Of a DNA stretch of 64,000 nt, positions 8,353-18,044 are shown piece after piece (within the stretch, counting starts at the first letter, position 1; the number at the start of each line of letters is the position of its first letter). The notes below the pieces were generated by a model. That model had not been told where the DNA came from. It was given only the letters and a program-made list of their open reading frames with translations, and ran no database searches. The DNA lies in contig JBBDPM010000006.1 of assembly GCA_040876345.1 (NCBI GenBank), forward strand, positions 6,803 to 70,802. Direction: 5' to 3'. This DNA is from Candidatus Woykebacteria bacterium (lineage in GTDB: Bacteria; Patescibacteriota; Microgenomatia; Woykebacterales; RBG-16-39-9b). Made by a program: the position numbers and the translations under genes.

Positions 8353-8646
8353 TAACTTAATATTAAAAGCACTGATTCAGAGAGGGCTGATTCGAAAACC
8401 ATACAGAGAGCCAGTTAAGGTGAGAGTCTGGCAGGCGATTAGATCAGTCTATTCACTGAGGAGCTGAAGGCTGAAAAATAATTTTAGTAGGTCATTCCGG
8501 GAACGCCCGTTATAGCGTGATGAACCTTATCACCCTTCAAACAACCGGGTTGAGAGGTTCTAGATTGGTCTTTCTCGGCAACGGGAAGACAAGTAAGGTG
8601 GTACAGCGGCCAAGACTCGCCCTTACAGGGGGGGTCTTTTTTTGTG
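8353..8646 (+). promoter_or_regulatory. T-box riboswitch leader (AAGGTGGTACAGCGG at 8595-8609) with terminator (8614-8645) upstream of aroF-pheS-pheT
   Basis: Near-consensus T-box sequence (consensus AGGGTGGTACCGCG) containing UGGU to pair the tRNA 3' NCCA end. Followed by a GACTCGCCC-TTACA-GGGGGGGTC hairpin plus T8 immediately before the aroF start. Confidence 0.6.
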
Positions 8647-9675
8647 GGAGAACTTATGATTGTAATAATGGAAAAAGATTATTTAAAAAAGGATCTTAAC
8701 TTGGTTATAGATCGAATACATAGAGAAGGGTTAAGAGCCGAGCCAATAATAGGAGTGGAGCGTACAGTTGTTGCCGTAGTCGGGGACATCACAGAAATAC
8801 CAGAAATGAAGTCCAACTTAGAGGAAACGCCTGGAGTGGCCGAAGTTCAAAGAATTAGCACACCATATAAACTCTCTTCTCGGCAAGTGCAGAAAGAAGA
8901 CACTATTGTCGATGTCTCCGGAGTAAAGTTTGGCGCTAAAAATATAGTGGTGATTGCTGGCCCGTGCGCGGTAGAATCTGAAAAGCAAACAGTAGAAACT
9001 GCTATTGCCGTAAAAAAATCTGGGGCGAAGGTTTTACGAGGCGGCGCCTTTAAACCAAGAGCCTCCCCATACAGCTTCCAAGGTTTGGAAAAAGAAGGTT
9101 TGAAAATACTCTCCAAAGCTAGGAAGGAAACTGGACTCCCCGTTGCAACAGAAGTAATTAGCCCAGAGGATGTAGAGCTCGTCTCGGAATATTCTGACAT
9201 CCTCCAAATCGGGGCGAGAAACGCCCAAAACTTTCCCCTTTTAAAGAAGTGTGGAAAAGCAAAAAGACCAATAATACTAAAAAGAGGCCTGGGCGAGACG
9301 ATTGAAGAGTGGTTACTCTCGGCTGAATATATCTTGGAAGGTGGTAATAAAAACGTAATTCTTTGTGAGAGAGGGATAAGAACATTTGAGGTGGCCACTA
9401 GGTTCACCTTAGATATCGATGCAATACCCCTTACTAAAAACCTCTCCCACTTGCCGGTAATTGGGGACCCAAGTCACGGAACAGGGAAAAGAATATTAGT
9501 TAAACCAGTCGCCAAAGCCTGCATTGCCGCTGGTGCTGATGGGCTTATCATTGAGGTTCACCCAAACCCAGAGCAAGCAAAATCTGACTCTCCGCAGCAG
9601 TTGAATTTCAGCGAGTTCGAGATTCTTATGAGGGAGGTCAGGAAAATTGCAAGGGCGGATGGGAGAAAATTATGA
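8644..9675 (+). CDS. aroF: 3-deoxy-7-phosphoheptulonate (DAHP) synthase, type I-beta, with N-terminal ferredoxin-like regulatory domain (Thermotoga-type)
   Basis: IAGPCAVES...VLRGGAFKPRTSPYSFQGL...IGARNAQNF...LKRG...CERGIRTF...GDPSH matches Thermotoga-type DAHP synthase. The true start is probably the ATG at 8656. Confidence 0.85.
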   Translation: MGELMIVIMEKDYLKKDLNLVIDRIHREGLRAEPIIGVERTVVAVVGDITEIPEMKSNLEETPGVAEVQRISTPYKLSSRQVQKEDTIVDVSGVKFGAKNIVVIAGPCAVESEKQTVETAIAVKKSGAKVLRGGAFKPRASPYSFQGLEKEGLKILSKARKETGLPVATEVISPEDVELVSEYSDILQIGARNAQNFPLLKKCGKAKRPIILKRGLGETIEEWLLSAEYILEGGNKNVILCERGIRTFEVATRFTLDIDAIPLTKNLSHLPVIGDPSHGTGKRILVKPVAKACIAAGADGLIIEVHPNPEQAKSDSPQQLNFSEFEILMREVRKIARADGRKL

Positions 9676-9717
9676 AGACTCCGTTAGCAAAAAAGAGCCT
9701 ATGTTATCCTAACTAAA

Positions 9718-10728
9718 ATGAAAAATTTGGAGAAAGTTGAAAAGGAAGCGTTGGAAAAAATAGAAAAGGCCCAAGATAGAAACGAGCTGGAAAGTATCCG
9801 AATTCATTACTTTGGAAGGAAGAGTGGTATTCTAACAATATTAGCCGGGGAGTTGCCAAAACTACCCAACCAAGAGAAAAGAAAAGTCGGACCAGTGTTC
9901 AATAAAGTCAAAAATAGCCTGCAGAAAGCTCTAGCGGAAAAATCTGGGAATTTTCAGGAAGCTAAATCAACTAATACTCAAGAACCCAAAAATTTAGAGA
10001 TGGGAGAAGATTTACCGTTTGACCCAACAATACCAGGTAGGAGCCAAAATATAGCCTCATCCCACCCCTTAACAAGCGTTGTTGATGAGGTTAAGGAAAT
10101 ATTTCACTACCTGGGATTTTCCTGGGTTGATGGGCCAGAGGTAGAACTTGATCTTTACAACTTCCAAAAGCTTTTAATACCAAAGGACCACCCCTCTCGG
10201 GATGTTCAACAAACCTACTATATTAACGACGAGCTGCTTCTGCGAACCCATACTTCCCCAATGCAAGTAAGATATATGGAGACTCATCAGCCTCCAATTA
10301 GAATTATCTCTCCAGGCAGAGCCTACCGACGGGACATGCCAGATGCTACCCATCTTCCCGACTTTTTACAAATTGAAGGCCTTTTAGTTGATACAGAAAC
10401 TTCAATGACCGATTTAATGGGCTCTTTGGATTTTTTTGCAAAGAGAATGTTTGGGGAATCTTCCAGGGTGCGCTTCTACGGCCACAATTTCCCTTACACT
10501 GAGCCGTCAATTGAGATAGAAGTTTTTCACGAAAAGCAAGGCTGGATTGAAATTCTGGGCGCCGGTATGGTTCATCCTGAAGTGCTCCGCGGAAGTGGCG
10601 TAGACCCAGAAAAATATCGCGGCTGGGCTTTTGGCATGGGACCAAACAGATTAGCCATGCTTAAATATGGAATTGATGATATAAGAGCCCTCTACAGTAG
10701 CGACCTTAGGTTTTTAAAACAATTTTAG
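9718..10728 (+). CDS. pheS: Phenylalanine--tRNA ligase alpha subunit
   Basis: HPLT...KDHPSRD...class II motifs FRPSYFPFTEPS-like (NFPYTEPSIE), GWAFGMG. Confidence 0.9.
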   Translation: MKNLEKVEKEALEKIEKAQDRNELESIRIHYFGRKSGILTILAGELPKLPNQEKRKVGPVFNKVKNSLQKALAEKSGNFQEAKSTNTQEPKNLEMGEDLPFDPTIPGRSQNIASSHPLTSVVDEVKEIFHYLGFSWVDGPEVELDLYNFQKLLIPKDHPSRDVQQTYYINDELLLRTHTSPMQVRYMETHQPPIRIISPGRAYRRDMPDATHLPDFLQIEGLLVDTETSMTDLMGSLDFFAKRMFGESSRVRFYGHNFPYTEPSIEIEVFHEKQGWIEILGAGMVHPEVLRGSGVDPEKYRGWAFGMGPNRLAMLKYGIDDIRALYSSDLRFLKQF

Positions 10729-10736
10729 TTTAAATT

Positions 10737-12755
10737 ATGTTAGTACCCCTATCTTGGTTAAAAGATTACGTCAATCTTGAAGAAAACTCAGAGGAATTAG
10801 CCGAAAAACTGGTGTTTTCGGGAACTAAAATCGAAGAGATCTTAAAAAAAGAAGGCGAAACTATCTTTAAACTTGAAATAACTCCTAATCGAGCCGACTG
10901 CTTAGGAATAATCGGAGTGGCCCGCGAAGTAGCAGCGCTCTATGAGAGGGATTTAAAAATCCCGCAGCCATTTTTGGAAACAGTCCAAACTAAAAGAAAA
11001 AAATCCTTGAAGCTTACTCTTAAAGACCCATCGCTTTGCCCTTATTACTCTCTGGGCGTAATTGATAACGTGAGAGTTCAAGAGTCTCCAGACTGGCTTA
11101 AAAAAAGGCTTGAACTAGCCGGGATAAGAGCCATCAACAATGTGGTTGATATAACAAATTACGTAATGATTGAGACAGCGCAACCAATGCACGCTTTTGA
11201 CTTGGACAAAGTCAAAGGGGAGGCGGTTTTGCGCTCTAGTAGAAAGGGAGAAAAAGTGACTACTCTTGATGGGGTAGAGCGGTCATTAAATGAAGGCGCC
11301 ATAATAATTGAGGACTCTGAAAAACTCATTGACCTAGCCGGTTTAATGGGCGGTAAAAACTCTCAAGTTGATAAGGACACATCAACAATTGTACTCCACG
11401 TACCAGTGTATAACCCAGTCTCAATAAGAAAAGCGTCCCAATTTACTGGCCTTAGGACTGAAGCCTCCAACCGCTTTGAAAAAATTCTTGATCCAAACGC
11501 CCACCGCTTTGCCTTTGAAAGAGCCCTTCATCTACTAAAAGTAGAAGCCGAAGGCTCCCTTGCTTCAGAGATTAAAAGCGTCAACTATCCAGTTAAAAGC
11601 TCCCCGTTTACGATACTTACTGACGAAATAGATGAAATTCTTGGAGTCAAAATACCGGAAAAGGATATAGTTAACATTTTAGTGAATCTTGGTTTTGAGG
11701 TCCTGCCAAGCCCCAGTACAGAAGGTCACGCCCTTGAAGTAAGGCCACCGACCTGGAGAGGTGATGTAAAAACAACCGAGGACATCGCCGAAGAGGTGGG
11801 TCGAATCTGGGGCTATAATAGCTTTCCCAAAACCCTGCCAAAAGGGGATATACCGACTCACGAAGACTCGTTTAAACCAGACTGGGAAAGGAAGATAAAG
11901 GGTCTTTTACCATCTATTGGTTTTTACGAAACTTACACTCACGCTCTGATAAGCGCGCAAAACCTAGCAAGGCTTTCCATAAGGGAGACCGAGATTTTGA
12001 AAGTCAATAACCCAATGACAGTTGATTTTGAATACCTTCGCCCCACGCTCTTGAGTGGACTTTTGGAAGGGGTAAGTTTAAACCTTCGAAATTTTAAAGA
12101 CGTATCTTTGTTTGAACTTGGAAGAGCCTTTTCAAAAAAAATAGACTCAAAAACAAAGCTCCCGCTTCAGCCGAAAACACTCACCGCTGTCTCTACTTCC
12201 ATGCGATTTTCGCAAATGAAGGGGGTTGTGGAAGAAATACTTACCAAGCTAAATATTAAACAGGCAAGTTTTGAGATTCTTGAAAAAGAGGGAGTTTGGG
12301 ACAAAAATTTTTCGGCGAAGATTAGTACAGTAAAAGACGAGGTAGGAATTGTGGGCAAAATAGACAGCAAAATCACCAAGAATATATCGATTGATAAAGA
12401 AGTATTCGGATTTGAGATTGATTTTGATAAACTAGTAAAACATGCCTCAAGTGAGATTAAGTATAAGTCTCTCCCAAAATTTCCAGTGGTGTATGAGGAT
12501 TTATCAATTCTCGTTGATCAAAAAATAGCGGTTCAGGAAATACTGGACACAATAGAATCCCTTAAAGAAAAACGGCTCCGATCCGCCACAATTGGTGAGG
12601 TTATACCTTGGCAAGAAAACAAAAAATCAATTCTACTCCACTTGGAATACTCTGATAATCAAAAGACCCTCATCGATGATGAAGCAGCAAACATTCGAAA
12701 GAAAATTGTTGAAAAACTAAACAGTAATTTAGATATAGAGTTAAGAAGTTTGTAG
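10737..12755 (+). CDS. pheT: Phenylalanine--tRNA ligase beta subunit (short form, 672 aa)
   Basis: MLVPLSWLKDYV N-terminus, B3/4 and B5 domain order, C-terminal FDX-ACB-like end. Confidence 0.88.
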   Translation: MLVPLSWLKDYVNLEENSEELAEKLVFSGTKIEEILKKEGETIFKLEITPNRADCLGIIGVAREVAALYERDLKIPQPFLETVQTKRKKSLKLTLKDPSLCPYYSLGVIDNVRVQESPDWLKKRLELAGIRAINNVVDITNYVMIETAQPMHAFDLDKVKGEAVLRSSRKGEKVTTLDGVERSLNEGAIIIEDSEKLIDLAGLMGGKNSQVDKDTSTIVLHVPVYNPVSIRKASQFTGLRTEASNRFEKILDPNAHRFAFERALHLLKVEAEGSLASEIKSVNYPVKSSPFTILTDEIDEILGVKIPEKDIVNILVNLGFEVLPSPSTEGHALEVRPPTWRGDVKTTEDIAEEVGRIWGYNSFPKTLPKGDIPTHEDSFKPDWERKIKGLLPSIGFYETYTHALISAQNLARLSIRETEILKVNNPMTVDFEYLRPTLLSGLLEGVSLNLRNFKDVSLFELGRAFSKKIDSKTKLPLQPKTLTAVSTSMRFSQMKGVVEEILTKLNIKQASFEILEKEGVWDKNFSAKISTVKDEVGIVGKIDSKITKNISIDKEVFGFEIDFDKLVKHASSEIKYKSLPKFPVVYEDLSILVDQKIAVQEILDTIESLKEKRLRSATIGEVIPWQENKKSILLHLEYSDNQKTLIDDEAANIRKKIVEKLNSNLDIELRSL

Positions 12756-12761
12756 TCTCAA

Positions 12762-12797
12762 CGCCGTCTGAAAGTGCTTAAGCAACCTCAGACGGCG
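12762..12797. terminator. 10-bp perfect hairpin (CGCCGTCTGA/TCAGACGGCG) at the pheT end and island boundary; no T-tract
   Basis: Inverted repeat at 12762-12771 and 12788-12797 with a 16-nt loop. Confidence 0.4.
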
Positions 12798-12834
12798 CGT
12801 TGTGTTGGACCGCATTCGGACAAGGCAGTTGACC

Positions 12835-13053
12835 TCATTCCGGCGCTTTCACAACAAAGGCGATCTTCACTTCTCTCCGCCCAAAGACCTCTTCTACCCG
12901 CCAACCAACAAGGTGAGCCGCCTCACCGTAGTAGTACTCCGTAAGGGCAGCATCACGTTCCTCGGTCGTGTAGAGCCCATCTCGATACAGGTCAAGAAGA
13001 GCCGCTACGTGCTCCTCAACTATCCGTTCAGGATCGTCGGTGGTAGTAACCAT
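12835..13053 (-). CDS. Hypothetical acidic 72-aa protein (GC-rich island)
   Basis: ATG at 13051-13053 (minus strand) preceded by GAGGAAG. The product begins MVTTTDDPERIVEEH. Confidence 0.45.
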   Translation of the reverse strand: MVTTTDDPERIVEEHVAALLDLYRDGLYTTEERDAALTEYYYGEAAHLVGWRVEEVFGRREVKIAFVVKAPE

Positions 13054-13421
13054 AACAACTTCCTCATCAGAACAGCAGCCGCAGCTCCCTAACAACATGC
13101 AGCACTTATACCTCAGGAGATTCGAAGATCCCCTCCTGGCAAAATGCCACAGACCTCTCTCTGATGAGCACCGAAAGGGCAGCCAGGAGCTGCCGGCAGC
13201 CTAGGCGATCGGGCCAAACAATGTACGAGACATCCCAGTTGGGTGGGGGCCAGGGGGTGGCACAAGGCCGCCCAACACCCTAAACTGGTGAACTCGCAAG
13301 GCTCAGGTGAGCCGTCCAGCCCTGCCTTGGGAAAGGGTAGCTCTGGGGAGTTCTTCGGTGGGACCCCATCCAGCAAACCCTTTCGGTGCTCATTTAGACC
13401 GCTCAGACCAACCGCCTCATG

Positions 13422-13973
13422 CTATCCTATCGCGCGAATCTTGACTTGGGCTGGTCGGGCTGTTACAACCGGGCCCGGTTGATAACCTCCCCACACGCAA
13501 CGAATCTCTTCCCTATGCGCACGGAAGAAGGTGGGGAACCAAGTGAGGTATTCGAGAACCTCCTCACGAATCCGCCTGTTGATGCTGTACGGGCGGCTTT
13601 CGTTTTGCACTACTTCCCGCCACGTTTGAACTCCGTCAGCACCCACCGCAAGATCCCCCTCGAGCACTGCCCCGAAACGTTGCAGATACCGCTCCACCTC
13701 GAGGCGAAGGCGCTCAAAGTTCTGTAACAGCCTGACTACCTGGTCGTCGTATCCTGGGAAGGGGTTAGGACCCCTAATCACCAAGTCCTTAGCCTTGCCC
13801 CTGGCAAGGTAAGCGAGCCAGAAGATCGTATCCACTGAACCGCGGACCAAACCTTCGGCAAGGACGAGATCGTGTCTTTCGAAACCGATGTTGAGTAGGA
13901 ATTCCCCCGCGAAGTCTTCCGCAGGTCTATCCTCACCAGTTCCCACCCCCTGTGAAGAATCTGGTAGGGTCAT
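13422..13973 (-). CDS. Hypothetical ~183-aa protein (GC-rich island)
   Basis: ORF with an internal ATG preceded by AAGGAGG. No known motif recognised. Confidence 0.4.
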   Translation of the reverse strand: MTLPDSSQGVGTGEDRPAEDFAGEFLLNIGFERHDLVLAEGLVRGSVDTIFWLAYLARGKAKDLVIRGPNPFPGYDDQVVRLLQNFERLRLEVERYLQRFGAVLEGDLAVGADGVQTWREVVQNESRPYSINRRIREEVLEYLTWFPTFFRAHREEIRCVWGGYQPGPVVTARPAQVKIRAIG

Positions 13974-14115
13974 TTGGCGTTTGGGCCTCCTTTCCACTCG
14001 CAAGTCGGTCTGAGCGGCGGGACTGGGTACGAAGCAGCACACTTTCTCGTACTCAATCCCGCACGTTTATTAAAGTACAAGCAGAATATACTATATTTTA
14101 ACCTGAAAAGGCAAA

Positions 14116-16728
14116 TTAGGATGGTTTGAGGTGCTTGATACGCTTATCCGGTAAAATCCCAACCGGGAATTTTTCCAAAGTTCCGAGGCCAGCTGGTAGT
14201 TTGGTCGGGCCGCCACCAGCAACTTCTACATCAATTGTATCTTCCACAGTATCACCAGTACTATTATAAGCGATGACTTTGATTTCGTAATTGTCTGGGT
14301 CTACATCAGAGAACGAAGTGGAGTATGGGGAGGTGGTATCAACCGCATCTGGTGTAAATGAACCACCAAGGTAAAATTCTACTTTGGTTACAGAGGAGGG
14401 CGAAGTAGCCGATGCGTTCACCGTAAAATCACTCCCCACAACATCGTTATCATTTGGGCTCGTTATTGTAACTGTAAAATCAGAAGATCCTCCAGAATAG
14501 GTCTTAGTGTCTTTTTTTGTTGGCGGACAGGGTTTGCAGTACTTAAAGGAAGGTTTAAAGAGCCTAGTGTAAGGATCGGTCATAACAAAATAGGTTTTAT
14601 CCGCGGCCAGGCCGGCTGCCTCGCAAGACTCGTTTACCAAAAGCCCGCTTGGTTTACAAATCCTTACCTTTACGTGCATATCATCCTCTGGCGGGGGCTG
14701 CCACTTAGTAAAAACATCAGTTTTTGTTTTGGCCCCGCTTACCACCTTTTGCCCTGTTAAAGAATTCACTTTTGCACTAACCACACCGGCTGGCCTTTTG
14801 AAATCTTCAACCGGCTGGTTCTTCAAAGCCTGCTCCATGATCGTGCGCCAAATGGGCGCTGCACCAGTAATACCTGAGGCTATTCTAGGACTCATTGGTG
14901 TATTATCATTGTTCCCGACCCAAACACCAACTGTTCTTGTTTTAGTAGTACCAAAAGACCAGTTGTCAATCTTGAGTTCAGAAGTACCAGTTTTCACAGC
15001 CAGTCCTTTGCGAAAGTTTAACCGGTTTGCCCAATATGTTCCATAATCTAAATATTTCGCAGTTGGATCAGATAATATATTAGTGATTAAGTAGTCATGC
15101 TCTGGGGTGACAACTTGCTTACCTTCACTCTTCTTAAACTCTTCGGGGTTAAATTCTTCAATAATTTTCCCATTAGAATCTGTCACTTTCAAAATCGATA
15201 CTGGCTTAACTTCCTTTCCGCCGTTGCCTAAAATTGCGTAGGCATTAGTAAGCTCATAAAGTTTTATGGCGCCCCCACCCAAAGTCAAAGAAAGACCGTA
15301 TTGATTCGGATCATCCAGGGTTGTAATCCCAAAATCCTTCAGAGTGTTAATCATCTCCGAAACTCCGTTAACACCAAGCATTTTCACAGCCGGTATGTTA
15401 CGCGAACTGCCAAGTGCAGTCCGCACTGACATTGGCCCATTGAAGCAGTTACAGTAGTTACCGGGAATATAACTTCCACCAAAATCGGTTTTTTGATCTA
15501 AAAACATGGTGGCTGGGTTATAACCTTTTTTGAACCCGGTAATATAATTAAATGGTTTTAAGGCTGACCCTGGCTGCCTCAGCCCTTGGGTAGCAACATT
15601 AAAGTTGCCGGTTATATCTTTAGCGAAATAGTCTTTTGACCCAACCATTGCTAAAATTTCGCCAGTCTCAGTGTTTTGGATCACCGCCGCACCATTACTC
15701 ATCAAAAGTCCTTTTCCGGTATTCTTAATTTCATCACTCACTGCTTTTTGAGCCATATTCTGAAGTTTTAAATCCAAAGTTGTGGTTACTTGCAGGCCGC
15801 TCTCTTGAATTAGTTTAGGACCGTATTTTTCTTCTAGAAGTTGCTTAACGTACAAGGAAAAATGGGGGGCCACAATACCCTCACCGAATTTAGCAAATTT
15901 CACTTTGGGAAGCTCCTTCAGGGATTTTTGCTCCTGCTCAGTCGTAATATAACCATCTTCCCTCATCCTGCGAAGAACATCTTCTGCCCTTGCTAAATAA
16001 GCTTTTGGATCTGGTCCAAATGGAGAATAGATACTCGGTCTTTGCGGAAAACCAGCTAATATTGCCGACTCTGTAACGCTAAGCTCCCAAACATGCTTAC
16101 CAAAATACTGATTGGCGGCAGCTTCCACTCCCCAAGCCGTACCGCCGTAGGGTATTTCGTTTAAGTAAATCTGTAAAATTTGATCTTTTGAATAACGACG
16201 CTCAATTTGAACTGAAAGGATAAATTCCTTAATTTTTCGAGTTACTGTTCGCTCCGGAGACAGAAGAGCGTTCTTGACTAGTTGCTGGGTAAGAGTGGAT
16301 CCTCCGGAAAGCCTCTTCTCAAAAGCGAGATCGCGCACTGATCTCACCAAACCTCGGACGTCATAGCCTTTGTGCTTATAAAAATTTTGGTCCTCAATTG
16401 AGATTGTCGCTTTCTCAAGATAGTCCGGAACCTGGTCAAGGGTTACTAAAGTTCGGTTTTGATCTCCGTGGACGTTGTAAAGCAGTGTTCCAGAGCGGTC
16501 ATAAATTTTAGTGCTTTGCTCTACATTTCTATCCGTCAATCGATTCGGGGAAGGTATTTCCCGGGCGAAGTAACCAAAAACGATCGCAGTCGAAAGTAGG
16601 GCAAATACGAAGAATATAAAGCCAGCCGTAATCAGAGCACTAGCCAGTTTGATTCTTTTTCGTTTCCAAACTCTTTTGTTAACTAGTTTCCCAGGCTTTT
16701 TTGAAGGCGGTGGAAGCAAAGAATACAT
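14116..16728 (-). CDS. mrcA: Class A penicillin-binding protein (glycosyltransferase + transpeptidase) with C-terminal Ig-like extension
   Basis: GT51 motifs (EDQNFYKHKG, GGSTLTQQLVKN). Transpeptidase SxxK (SGSALKPF). N-terminal TM anchor. Confidence 0.88.
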   Translation of the reverse strand: MYSLLPPPSKKPGKLVNKRVWKRKRIKLASALITAGFIFFVFALLSTAIVFGYFAREIPSPNRLTDRNVEQSTKIYDRSGTLLYNVHGDQNRTLVTLDQVPDYLEKATISIEDQNFYKHKGYDVRGLVRSVRDLAFEKRLSGGSTLTQQLVKNALLSPERTVTRKIKEFILSVQIERRYSKDQILQIYLNEIPYGGTAWGVEAAANQYFGKHVWELSVTESAILAGFPQRPSIYSPFGPDPKAYLARAEDVLRRMREDGYITTEQEQKSLKELPKVKFAKFGEGIVAPHFSLYVKQLLEEKYGPKLIQESGLQVTTTLDLKLQNMAQKAVSDEIKNTGKGLLMSNGAAVIQNTETGEILAMVGSKDYFAKDITGNFNVATQGLRQPGSALKPFNYITGFKKGYNPATMFLDQKTDFGGSYIPGNYCNCFNGPMSVRTALGSSRNIPAVKMLGVNGVSEMINTLKDFGITTLDDPNQYGLSLTLGGGAIKLYELTNAYAILGNGGKEVKPVSILKVTDSNGKIIEEFNPEEFKKSEGKQVVTPEHDYLITNILSDPTAKYLDYGTYWANRLNFRKGLAVKTGTSELKIDNWSFGTTKTRTVGVWVGNNDNTPMSPRIASGITGAAPIWRTIMEQALKNQPVEDFKRPAGVVSAKVNSLTGQKVVSGAKTKTDVFTKWQPPPEDDMHVKVRICKPSGLLVNESCEAAGLAADKTYFVMTDPYTRLFKPSFKYCKPCPPTKKDTKTYSGGSSDFTVTITSPNDNDVVGSDFTVNASATSPSSVTKVEFYLGGSFTPDAVDTTSPYSTSFSDVDPDNYEIKVIAYNSTGDTVEDTIDVEVAGGGPTKLPAGLGTLEKFPVGILPDKRIKHLKPS

Positions 16729-16822
16729 CGTATAAATATAAGTTCTAATATTTTACCATTCTTTAGTTGTCTTGCGCAAAATCTTGATATATAATTACGC
16801 CCTGGAGACAAGTTTTGTTACT

Positions 16823-18019
16823 ATGGAAAAATTTGAACTATTATTTAAACATCTCGAGGAAATCTATCCTTCAAGAGAAAATCTAGTTACGCTGCTGAAA
16901 GAGAGCAAGAAGCTCAAAATATACTTAGGTATTGATCCAACAAGCCCCGAAATTCACCTGGGTCACGCAATCGCTCTCTGGAAACTAAAAGAATTCCAAG
17001 AAGCCGGCCACCAAGTAATTTTGCTAGTTGGAGATTTTACCGCAATGATTGGAGATCCCTCCGACAAAGAAGCCACTAGAAAAAGCCTGAGCCGGGAAGA
17101 AGTTTTAGCTAACACTGCGAACTTTAAGAAACAAGCGTCAAAGATCCTTAATTTTTCCGGAGAAAACGCCGCAAAACTTGAATTTAATAGCCACTGGTTG
17201 GCAAAGCTAACCCTATCTGATCTATTAGATCTTGCCGCAAAAGTAACTGTGCAACAACTCTACGAAAGAGATATGTTCCAAAAAAGACTCAAGGGTGGGA
17301 AACCAATTGGACTGCATGAGTTTTTGTATCCCCTTCTGCAGGGTTACGACTCGGTGGCGATGGCGGTTGATGCTGAACTTGGCGGTAGCGACCAAACTTT
17401 CAATATGCTTTTTGGCCGAACACTGCTTAAAAGCCTGAAACATAAGGAAAAGTTTGTATTAACACTTCCTTTACTTGAGGGGACAGATGGTCAAAAGATG
17501 AGTAAATCCTACGGCAATACTATAAATATTTCTAATTCTTCCACAGATATGTTCGGTAAAGTAATGTCCTTGAAAGATGAGCTTATTATAAAATACTTTG
17601 ATCTTTGCACCAAGGTAGGCTCTGCTGAGATCAAGAAGATGTCCGACCAAATCAAATCTATAAACCCAATGGAATTGAAGAAAAAACTAGCGTTTGAAAT
17701 TGTAGCAATTTACCACGGTAAAAAGGCAGCTCAAGACTCCCAAAAAGAGTTTAGTAGGGTGTTTCAAGAGGGAAAAGCCCCAAAGGGTAAACGAATGTTT
17801 CTCCCAAATAAAATTAACGCTGACGCCACCACAATTTTAGAGAAGCTATCGATGGTAAAAAGTAAAAGTGAAGCTAGAAGATTAATCGAGCAGGGCGGAG
17901 TCTACATAAACGGAAGAAAGGTGGACTCACTATCTGACACCTTTTCACTTGAAACAGGAACGCTTGTTCAAATAGGCAAACTTAGATCAGTATCAGTTGA
18001 AATAAGAAAGGATACATGA
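16823..18019 (+). CDS. tyrS: Tyrosine--tRNA ligase
   Basis: HIGH-type motif (HLGH), KMSKS, C-terminal S4 domain. Confidence 0.9.
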   Translation: MEKFELLFKHLEEIYPSRENLVTLLKESKKLKIYLGIDPTSPEIHLGHAIALWKLKEFQEAGHQVILLVGDFTAMIGDPSDKEATRKSLSREEVLANTANFKKQASKILNFSGENAAKLEFNSHWLAKLTLSDLLDLAAKVTVQQLYERDMFQKRLKGGKPIGLHEFLYPLLQGYDSVAMAVDAELGGSDQTFNMLFGRTLLKSLKHKEKFVLTLPLLEGTDGQKMSKSYGNTINISNSSTDMFGKVMSLKDELIIKYFDLCTKVGSAEIKKMSDQIKSINPMELKKKLAFEIVAIYHGKKAAQDSQKEFSRVFQEGKAPKGKRMFLPNKINADATTILEKLSMVKSKSEARRLIEQGGVYINGRKVDSLSDTFSLETGTLVQIGKLRSVSVEIRKDT

Positions 18020-18044
18020 ATTTTATACGTAAAAACCGCTGGAT

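Noticed and set aside
8847-9407. Antisense and overlapping ORFs in the track (for example 8847-9407, 9034-9228, 14729-15046, 19472-19942, 48454-49401, 42172-42684)
   Set aside because: They lie entirely inside well-supported genes on the opposite strand. They have no RBS and low-complexity products.
13150-13185. Hammerhead ribozyme (CUGAUGAG ... GAAA)
   Set aside because: The conserved core letters are present, but the intervening GCACC cannot form stem II. I mention it only as a weak pointer in the findings.
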